DNA from: a virus
Lineage: Duplodnaviria > Caudoviricetes
Virus record (IMG/VR): IMGVR_UViG_3300025731_000014
Span: 1 to 26,579 of that record
Length of the DNA: 26,579 nucleotides
Direction: 5' to 3' (one strand)
Under the pieces are notes generated by a model. The model was not told where the DNA came from. It did no database searches and saw only the letters and a program-made list of their open reading frames with translations. Position 1 is the stretch's first letter. Every line of letters starts with the position of its first letter. The position numbers and the translations under genes were made by a program. Shown one piece after another: positions 18,935 through 26,288 of the stretch.

Positions 18935-18959
18935 ACACTTCGACAAGCTCAGTGTGACA
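18935..18959 (+). repeat. REP-like element
   Basis: acacttcgacaagctcagtgtgaca, resembling the common Flavobacteriaceae CTTCGACAAGCTCAG repeat. Confidence 0.6.
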
Positions 18960-18976
18960 TAAAAACAAAAAAAGTA

Positions 18977-19510
18977 TTTGTACTTGTTTAAATTCAAGTA
19001 CAAAGGATATAAAAGCGCAAAGAACAACGGAACATCTATTTCTTTGGGAGTATGATTTTTATTATATGATCCTTGTTGTTCTTTTTGCTTTTAGTTACGC
19101 TATGCTTCACTCCCTGTTTTATGTTTATTATTTTTGAATACATACATCAATTTCTGAAATGAAAAATGATGTATATATTAATACTAACCGCTACCAAAAC
19201 TACTGGTATATCACTTTATAGCTGGGGAAACTATTAGCAGGTACAACCTATTAAAAAAGTACTATGTGTAGTTTTGGCGGGGTTAGCTTTCCCTATTTTA
19301 CTTTTCAAAATCAACTTCCTTAGCATAAGCTCTCGAGGCATGAATTAATCAATACCATTTTTCTTTCGAGATAGACTTCTTAGAACCAACCCCACTGGTG
19401 GGGTTTAAGTTAAAATAGGGAACTGCCCATGTTACTGTGTTTGTTCTAAAATAGGTAGTCATGCTTAAACATGTAGCTATTTTCAAGAACCTTGTTTAAG
19501 TGTAGCAGTT
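18977..19510 (-). ncRNA. Candidate structured RNA (multi-stem intergenic region)
   Basis: At least six consecutive or nested inverted repeats with no ORF of 60 aa or more; family unknown and strand assumed from the flanking genes. Confidence 0.35.
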
Positions 19511-19519
19511 GTATTATTT

Positions 19520-20257
19520 TTAAAAAGGATTTAACCCTGATGCTAATGATCCTGCAGCAGCAATACCTTGTTGTTTTAACTCGCCTAAAAAGTTTTGTTT
19601 TACTTCCAATGGCACTTCCGATATGGCATTAAAGCTAAAAGGTTGTATGTTTTTAACCCCATCGTTCCCAGGGAAATTAAAGTCGGTAATTACCAATTCA
19701 AAAATTCCTAGTTTGTGTAATACGGAGTTGGTAATTTTTAATTCTCCTTTATGTTCCATTAACTTACGCAGCACCACCACTTCTGCAGTTGGATATCCAG
19801 TACCATTAGAAGCTATTATTCCGTTAACGGTTATGTTATGGTCATTATTTGAAATAAACTCCTTTATGGTATAGTCCCTTCCTTGTACGGCAGTAGTTAC
19901 AATGTTTTTACTACGGCTAACTTCCAAGGACACGCCATCAATTTTAAATCCTGATGCAGCACCTAATGCTTGCTTGGCAACATCTAAGGCAGCTCCTTTG
20001 CCTCCAATTTTTATAGGAAAGTGAATAATTAATGGGGCAAAAACGGGTAAATTAAAGCTCCCTCCGGTAATTGTAAAAGCGTCAATTTCAGTTAAATCCT
20101 GCAAGGGTTCAAAAAAAACATCCTCAGTTAAGGATTTTAAGTTATTGGCATATTCCGACGCACTAGTACTGTTTAACAAATTACCTACTGATGTAGCGGT
20201 ACTTTTTGCCTTAATACTATTTAGTAAATTCGGAATACTATATGAAAAATTACTCAT
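19520..20257 (-). CDS. Tail tube initiator (DUF6046/gpU-like)
   Basis: VSRSKNIVTTAVQGRDYTIKEFIS...ITVNG...QPFSFNAISE; lies between tape measure and hub. Confidence 0.78.
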   Translation of the reverse strand: MSNFSYSIPNLLNSIKAKSTATSVGNLLNSTSASEYANNLKSLTEDVFFEPLQDLTEIDAFTITGGSFNLPVFAPLIIHFPIKIGGKGAALDVAKQALGAASGFKIDGVSLEVSRSKNIVTTAVQGRDYTIKEFISNNDHNITVNGIIASNGTGYPTAEVVVLRKLMEHKGELKITNSVLHKLGIFELVITDFNFPGNDGVKNIQPFSFNAISEVPLEVKQNFLGELKQQGIAAAGSLASGLNPF

Positions 20258-20502
20258 GATTTTTTATTTTTTAATCCCACTGGTGGGGTTTATGAATTGA
20301 GATTTCCCTCAACAAATAAATAATAATTTTAATTCATGCCTCACATACTTGTATTGAGACCGTTATTTAATGTCGCAATACAGTAATATTGGCTTATTGT
20401 TATTGCCTAGAAAGTGCTGCCGGGAGATAATAAAAACAAAATAATAATTATAATTCCGTGTAAAATTTTAAATAAGGCAGCACTTTAAGGCAATGTATAT
20501 TG

Positions 20503-22032
20503 TTAGGCCATCATACCTTTAGTAACGTTAACGTTTTGTTCAATTTCAACATCTCTAAGGGCGTCAAGCAATACTTTTTTAACTGTTGATTTTACTTCTA
20601 CAGCTGATTCTTTTAAATTGGTAACGTTTATATTCAAGGTTTGAATAAGCGAGTTGATCGTGATTGCTTTTTGAGAAACACCAGCCAAATTAGCACTATT
20701 ACTTACTCCTGCATTAGAGTAACTTTTAGCCGTATAATGACTGCTTTTAATTACAGCACCATCCGCACTATCTTCTTTTTTTGATTTTCCTTTTGCATCA
20801 GAAAGCGTAAACTCCTTTTTTTCTTTCTTTTTAGGATCTTTTTCAGCTTCTTTTCTTACTTTTTCAAGTCTATCGGTATCCAAGCCAAAAAAACCTGCTA
20901 CTTTAATTAATTTATCCGTAATCCAACCAAAAAAGCTCCCTATTGATTCTTTTATGGATTTATAAATACCGGAGAATATTTGACTAATTTTATTCCATAA
21001 ATCAATTAAAGGCTGTACCGCGGGCTCAATAAATTCCCAAATTGCTTGTCCAACTGCACTGAAAAACCCAACAAGTTTTTCCCAAACTTGTGCAAATATG
21101 TCGCCAATTACGGCTATCATTCCTCTAAATTCAGCTATGTTTTCCCATAACCATTCAAATGACTTGATTACTACTTGTACAGCTGTAACAATGGCCATAA
21201 TAATTCCAATTGCTAAAGCAATAGGTGGAGTAAGTCCTGCAACAACAAGTCCTATTCTTCCTAAAACCGGTAATAACCTTCCTACTACTGGGATTATTCT
21301 TCCAAAAACACTTAAAATTGGTCTTAAAACTCTTGTTACAGTGCCCATTACTGGGCCTAATTTTCTAAAAAGCTTTGTTATTTTAATAGCTCCTTTTGTC
21401 AATCCTTTTCCGACAATTGGTATTTTTCTAGCCTTCATCATCCCCTTGGTTAAGACAGTTCTCTTAACTGTTTGAGCTGCTGCCCCTCCACCGGCAAACC
21501 CATTTATGGGATTCCTAACTGGTAATACTGCATCACAGCAGCAGTCTGTACTTTTACCGGCAATACTTTTTATTTTATCAAAAACACTTAGTGCTTTGCT
21601 TAAAATATTTCTTTTAAGTTTTATACTACCACCCGTAACAAAAACTTTTTGAACTGCATTTGTACTAGTGCCTGTATTCCCATTTGCATTTTTTGAAGAG
21701 GAAAACATGCTTTTAAAATTATCCCAAGCCTGTTTGATATTATTAAATTCTCCTGTAATTTTACCAACCTTTTCGATAACCTTAAGCAGTTTACCAATAA
21801 AACCTCCTTTTTCCGTAGATTTCTCTACTACTTTTTTTGGCTGTGCAACTACTGTTGCAAATTTTTCTATTGAATTAGAAAACTTTGCAACAGAGTTGTC
21901 AAAAATACTCGATACACCATATTGATTAATCGTAATGGCATTTGAAGCACTTTGACTTGTGCTAACAGCTACTTGAATATTGGTTAAAATATTCGTTATT
22001 TTATTTAATGTAGTCGTTATATTATCATTCAT
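20503..22032 (-). CDS. Tape-measure-like protein (short)
   Basis: Helical protein with a hydrophobic segment (PIALAIGIIMAIVTAV), regularly spaced W/F residues and C-terminal ITINSLIQTLNINV; follows the tail chaperones. Confidence 0.78.
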   Translation of the reverse strand: MNDNITTTLNKITNILTNIQVAVSTSQSASNAITINQYGVSSIFDNSVAKFSNSIEKFATVVAQPKKVVEKSTEKGGFIGKLLKVIEKVGKITGEFNNIKQAWDNFKSMFSSSKNANGNTGTSTNAVQKVFVTGGSIKLKRNILSKALSVFDKIKSIAGKSTDCCCDAVLPVRNPINGFAGGGAAAQTVKRTVLTKGMMKARKIPIVGKGLTKGAIKITKLFRKLGPVMGTVTRVLRPILSVFGRIIPVVGRLLPVLGRIGLVVAGLTPPIALAIGIIMAIVTAVQVVIKSFEWLWENIAEFRGMIAVIGDIFAQVWEKLVGFFSAVGQAIWEFIEPAVQPLIDLWNKISQIFSGIYKSIKESIGSFFGWITDKLIKVAGFFGLDTDRLEKVRKEAEKDPKKKEKKEFTLSDAKGKSKKEDSADGAVIKSSHYTAKSYSNAGVSNSANLAGVSQKAITINSLIQTLNINVTNLKESAVEVKSTVKKVLLDALRDVEIEQNVNVTKGMMA

Positions 22033-22243
22033 TACTAAATAGTTTTGCGATTGCTTTACTCATTATATATTCTTGTTGTTCTTCTTTAAACTCGTGTATC
22101 CACAACGCCTCTCCCAATAGTTGATGAAATTTTTCTTCTGATAACAGATACGGATCTGTTTTAAAATAGTATCTAATTAGAGCCCCAGCTTTCAGGAGCT
22201 CATCCTTTCCTTCTTCTTTCGAAATAAGGAAAGGATCTAGATC
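22025..22243 (-). CDS. -1 frameshift extension of the tail assembly chaperone (gpGT-like)
   Basis: 72 open codons (DLDPFLISKEEGKDELLKAGALIRYYFKTDPYLLSEEKFHQLLGEALWIHEF...LFSNE) entered at A-AAA-AAG; the stop overlaps the start of the tape-measure gene. Confidence 0.8.
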   Translation of the reverse strand, partial: DLDPFLISKEEGKDELLKAGALIRYYFKTDPYLLSEEKFHQLLGEALWIHEFKEEQQEYIMSKAIAKLFSNE

Positions 22244-22578
22244 TTTTTTGCCTTTGCCTCCTTTGGTTGTGTTAAGTCAGCAAATGCAGAAATTACTCCT
22301 AATTTTAAATCATCATCTTTTGACACCTCTTCATCACCACCTATATAACAGTTTTTAAACAATACTTCCAAGGCTCTAAACTCATCGGTTTTAGAAGCTT
22401 GCAATACTGCTGCTCTGGTTGCCATAGTTGGTTTACGGAAATAACTGAATAATGTTTCTTCTTCATCATTTTCAATTTCCACTTTTATCAATTTTCCGTA
22501 CTTGTTTTTCCAAGCCGTTAATTGTTGTAAAGTGATATTTCCGTCTAATACTTTTGTTGTTTTTTTTGTAGTCTCCAT
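22237..22578 (-). CDS. Tail assembly chaperone (gpG-like)
   Basis: QLTAWKNKYG...YFRKP...LFKNCYIGGDEE; lies between tube and tape measure. ATG 22578 (METTKK) is preferred over the longer ORF call. Confidence 0.8.
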   Translation of the reverse strand: METTKKTTKVLDGNITLQQLTAWKNKYGKLIKVEIENDEEETLFSYFRKPTMATRAAVLQASKTDEFRALEVLFKNCYIGGDEEVSKDDDLKLGVISAFADLTQPKEAKAKKI

Positions 22579-22845
22579 TTTTATTTGTTTTGTTTTTATT
22601 ATTTTGTTTTGTGTGCCTTTAATAACAACCATAGTTATTTTGTTTTTAACTGTTTTATAGTTAAAAATACAGCCCCATTTGTATTGTGGATTTTGGGGCT
22701 GTATTTAGTATCAGGTAACTTTTAAATAACTCTACTAAATAATTTTATTCGTAAATTTTATCGAAATATATAAGACATATCCATGTCCAGATGAGTTTTA
22801 AAAGTATACTGATAGTATAGAAAGGCTACGAGAGTTTTCTTTACT

Positions 22846-23271
22846 TTAACTCCATTGAATGTGAGATATTCTAAATTCATATTCAGACTCAATCTTAGTA
22901 TCTCCTTGTTTCATGTCTCTTTTGTTTGTTAAAAACTCACAGTTTCTAATAACATGATTGATAATTTGATCACTGTCATCCAAATAAGATACTGTAATAT
23001 CAAAAGGAGGAATATCTTGCAAACGTTTACCTGAAGGTAACGCAGCCTGTAATGAGTCTATTTCATAAGCATAAAAAGAAGCTTTTGCAGTGGCACTATA
23101 TTTTCCTGTTCCTCTGTGTACAGGCATATTACCTGCTCCATAATGGTTTACTTTTTCTACTGAGTCTTCATAACTCACTGCAGTAATCCCTGTAAAAGTT
23201 CTTCCTAATGCATCAAATGAAATTGAACTCCAATCACGTCGTTGTCCGTTTATTAATGGTAATGTATTCAT
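22846..23271 (-). CDS. Tail tube protein
   Basis: 141 aa, LINGQRRDWSSI...ITAVSY...YGAG..PV.RG.G.Y...PFDITVSY...IRNCEF; directly after the sheath. Confidence 0.88.
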   Translation of the reverse strand: MNTLPLINGQRRDWSSISFDALGRTFTGITAVSYEDSVEKVNHYGAGNMPVHRGTGKYSATAKASFYAYEIDSLQAALPSGKRLQDIPPFDITVSYLDDSDQIINHVIRNCEFLTNKRDMKQGDTKIESEYEFRISHIQWS

Positions 23272-23307
23272 GTTTATATCTGTTTTTTATTAATAATTTA
23301 CTTAGTG

Positions 23308-24675
23308 TTAGGCTTTATCAACTCCAAAAGGGTTTTTAAATCCTAGATCTACACTAATTCTACGTGCTGTTCCAACTGGAGTAACTTCTGCTTTTATTTT
23401 TAATTCAGATGTTGCTAAAATGTTTTGTTTAGGATCAACATATACATCAAAAGCTGACACTTCCTGATTAGAAACCATTCCTTCTAAAGCAGCTCTACAT
23501 AAGTTTTCAAAAGATTTAGTAACTGATTGCTGTAAATTACCATTTGAATTTACTTGAATAGCCATAGCTAATCTTGGTAATAATGCAGTACGTAATAAAC
23601 GAACAGCTTTGTTAATGGTACGGTTGTTTTCAATGTATGTGAAATCTGATGTCCCTAACGTACAAGTATGACTATCGTTAAAGTATACTCCTGGTAAACC
23701 TGTATGCGTTCTAGCAAAAATGTACTTACTGTCGTTTAATGTATTTAAGGTTCCAATAGTTTTCACTTCTTTACCACCTACAAAAGCAGCTTTACCAAAA
23801 CCTTCACCGCTTACATTAAATTTTTGAATCCATGCAATGTTTTCAGAAACTTTTGCTTTTGATACCGCTCCTAACACCATTCCTACAGCTGCAGAATCAG
23901 TATACGTTTTTGCTTTTTCAGCATCCATAGCTACTACTACTGATACATTTTCTGCATTTAATTCTTTTAAGTCAATTGCTGCATCTACATCAAATTTTTT
24001 CCCTTCTAAAATGATTTCAAAAGGCATGTAATCTTTGTACGCATTATTTGCTTCTGTTTGTGCCGCTTGAACCGCTTTAGTTGTTGAAGTTGATTCTCCT
24101 TGAACTGTACCAAATTCTGAAACAGTACCTGAAAAGATTACTGCCATTTGGCGGATAGCTCCATTAGCCTCTTCTTGCATTGCTTTTGCTTTTGACACAA
24201 CATCGTTGTAAGCAGTCGCTGCTACTGCTGGTACTCCTACTACTTGAGGGCTAGCTGAAAGATCTTCTACTACTTCTGCAACAGCTTCATTAGCTTTGGT
24301 TCCCATAATGAATAAATCTCCTGAAGGATTCATTCTGAAAAATTGCTCAATTTGATAGTGTGCAGATTGAGTTTCGCTGTCATAGTCAGCATCAATCCCT
24401 AGTGCTTCTGCATCTTCTACAGAGGCCAAGCGATACAATTTTTCTTGTTCAAATAACTGTACCATACCTTCTCCTTTGGCTGCGTCATATGGCGTAGCTG
24501 GAGCACTTGGTGCAACACTTGAATAAGTTGTTTCTAATTTTCCGCTAACTAATTTCTTTTCTTCAAAGATATTGTCTCCGTCAAAAAGCAGTCCAGAAAC
24601 CATGTCTTGGTCAGGATTTCTTCTTCCTAATCCACCTGATAGTTTGTTAATTACTACGTCGTTTAATGTACCCAT
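23308..24675 (-). CDS. Contractile tail sheath protein (DUF2586-like)
   Basis: GLGRR, YQIEQFFRMNP, GVYFNDSHT...DFTYIENNRTINKAVR and a C-terminal PVGTARRISVDLGF sheath signature. Confidence 0.9.
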   Translation of the reverse strand: MGTLNDVVINKLSGGLGRRNPDQDMVSGLLFDGDNIFEEKKLVSGKLETTYSSVAPSAPATPYDAAKGEGMVQLFEQEKLYRLASVEDAEALGIDADYDSETQSAHYQIEQFFRMNPSGDLFIMGTKANEAVAEVVEDLSASPQVVGVPAVAATAYNDVVSKAKAMQEEANGAIRQMAVIFSGTVSEFGTVQGESTSTTKAVQAAQTEANNAYKDYMPFEIILEGKKFDVDAAIDLKELNAENVSVVVAMDAEKAKTYTDSAAVGMVLGAVSKAKVSENIAWIQKFNVSGEGFGKAAFVGGKEVKTIGTLNTLNDSKYIFARTHTGLPGVYFNDSHTCTLGTSDFTYIENNRTINKAVRLLRTALLPRLAMAIQVNSNGNLQQSVTKSFENLCRAALEGMVSNQEVSAFDVYVDPKQNILATSELKIKAEVTPVGTARRISVDLGFKNPFGVDKA

Positions 24676-24886
24676 AATATATATTTAATTGTTTAAGGTT
24701 TTAAAAATTGTACATACCTTTGGCCGTAATGAGTAGTTTTGAGCTCATTATTTTCGTGGTTTATGTGTTAAAATTATTTGTGTGTCCCCTCGAAAATGAG
24801 GTTACTTTTTTAAAGTGAATAACTTGTATTCCTTCTTCAAATTTATCATCAATATGATGTGGTAAAAGTGTTATTTGCTAGCAGAA

Positions 24887-24950
24887 CAAATTTACAATTA
24901 GCTATTGATTTCACCTACTTTTTTGAACCGTGAAATCAGTAGTTTCAGTA
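24887..24950 (-). promoter_or_regulatory. Conserved box TACTGAAACTAC (24939-24950) plus consensus -7 box TAAATTTG; drives the sheath-to-hub unit
   Basis: Exact copy; a perfect Bacteroidota TAnnTTTG at 24887-24894, 45-nt offset. Confidence 0.8.
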
Positions 24951-24952
24951 CT

Positions 24953-25132
24953 TTAGGCACTAGCTTGTAACGAAACCCCTTCATTTATAATAGTATAAAT
25001 AGTACGTTCCGTTAGGAATAATGACTCTGATAATTCCGCAACAACAACTTTCATTTGCTTTGCTTGATTAATATTAATATAGTTTAATACAAAGTCCCTT
25101 CTTTTGTCCAATAATATTCTGCTTCTTTTCAT
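24953..25132 (-). CDS. 59-aa Mor/C-like HTH DNA-binding protein (candidate activator)
   Basis: Not in the ORF track. MKRSRILLDKRRDFVLNYININQAKQMKVVVAELSESLFLTERTIYTIINEGVSLQASA; ELS..LFLTERTIY.II resembles the Mu Mor/C C-terminal HTH. Confidence 0.7.
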   Translation of the reverse strand: MKRSRILLDKRRDFVLNYININQAKQMKVVVAELSESLFLTERTIYTIINEGVSLQASA

Positions 25133-25188
25133 TAGTTTAGTTTAATTTTTTTTGTTCTTACTTTTGTTTAAAATCAATTTTCAAACAA

Positions 25189-25989
25189 TTATTTTTTAAT
25201 CTCTACTACTTTAATTTCTCGAGAATCAATTTCATTTGTGTCAACGTTTTTCACTTTATTACCTATGGTATCTATAGTTTCAAATGCTATTACATCACCA
25301 TTCTCGTCTAGGGTTACTGAATTATCTTCGGTACTGTCATTATCTAAGTCTGAATTTTTTATAATACTAGCTTCATTAGTTCCATTGAAATTAGTAGACT
25401 CGTTTGAACTCGTATTAATAAACAGCTTCCCTTTTACGGTGTTTTGATTGTATAAACCAATATAATTACCGTCCGTTCCTGAAGTTAAATCATACCCCAT
25501 ATCAATTAAATCACTTTGAGAATGTCCGTTGTAAATAAGATTATACTTCTTTTTAATACTGGTATCAACAAGGAAAGTTTTATAGGTCATTTCCCAAATA
25601 AAGTATTTTGTTTTATCCCAATTATCTAGCTCATTACTATATTGTTTCTCTCCTGCTTTAAATATGTTTTTTTCATCTATTAAATCTCCTGCAGTATTTG
25701 TATTAAATAAAATTGCTTTGTCAACACTATGAGCTACGTCAAAAACTGATTCATAATCTTGCCCTGTAGATGGCAATACTATATATATGCAAAAAGTAAC
25801 TTCACCATTATGGATTTTCTCAGAAGTAGATTGCCACTTTATATTATCATACTTGAACATTAGTAGAGGTTCCGCAATAGATGCACTAAAAACATTGTCA
25901 TTATATAGACTAACTTTAGTAATGTTATGAACGTTAGCTTCGTTTATGAGGCGTGCTTTTTTCTCCGTATAAAAATCTTTTAGAATCAT
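25189..25989 (-). CDS. Tail completion/terminator-like protein with an acidic C-terminal extension
   Basis: The first ~150 aa (VSLYND...PLLMFKY..IKW...IWEMTYKT) resemble tail-terminator folds, and the position upstream of the sheath fits. Confidence 0.5.
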   Translation of the reverse strand: MILKDFYTEKKARLINEANVHNITKVSLYNDNVFSASIAEPLLMFKYDNIKWQSTSEKIHNGEVTFCIYIVLPSTGQDYESVFDVAHSVDKAILFNTNTAGDLIDEKNIFKAGEKQYSNELDNWDKTKYFIWEMTYKTFLVDTSIKKKYNLIYNGHSQSDLIDMGYDLTSGTDGNYIGLYNQNTVKGKLFINTSSNESTNFNGTNEASIIKNSDLDNDSTEDNSVTLDENGDVIAFETIDTIGNKVKNVDTNEIDSREIKVVEIKK

Positions 25990-26008
25990 ATGTTGTAATT
26001 ATTTTTGA

Positions 26009-26073
26009 CAAATATCAAACATATGTTTTGATTATACAGCATCATATTACGGATATTAACAGTAGTTTCAGTA
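26009..26073 (-). promoter_or_regulatory. Conserved box TACTGAAACTAC (26062-26073) plus -7-like GATATTTG; drives the first unit
   Basis: Exact copy; the -7-like box is at 26009-26016, a 46-nt offset. Confidence 0.75.
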
Positions 26074-26288
26074 ATATGTCTTAATTTATGCAATTGAAAA
26101 GACCATTCACCCCAACAAACAAACATTTAATCTATTGATTTTCATTAATATAGTTTTTTATTGAAAAAAAAGCTGATTTTAAGATATTTTAACCAATTAT
26201 TACTTAATTTTACAACATATTATGGATTACTAGTCTAAACACCTTAAATAAAGATAAACATATTACATAATGATAAAAAAATACCCCA

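Noticed and set aside
19192-19205. TACCAAAACTACTG, a 12/14 match to the regulon box
   Set aside because: Opposite orientation, no -7 box at the expected offset, and it is explained as one arm of a hairpin.
22579-22632. Longer N-terminus called for the tail chaperone
   Set aside because: The extension is A-rich leader-like sequence. ATG 22578 has the typical Bacteroidota A-rich upstream context.
7402-24675. Afp/PVC-type eCIS or T6SS-iii
   Set aside because: There is a single sheath and tube, no recognisable AAA ATPase, ClpV or membrane complex, and the locus has a phage-type frameshifted chaperone and lysis genes.
441-25447. Short opposite-strand ORFs (e.g. 441-644, 3872-4171, 13636-13992, 14020-14355, 16689-17012, 21098-21475, 25238-25447)
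   Set aside because: They overlap well-supported genes on the other strand and show no recognisable motifs.
10139-26073. CRISPR array or integron attC interpretation of the repeats
   Set aside because: The copies are kilobases apart and promoter-linked, with no regular spacers and no cas or integrase gene.
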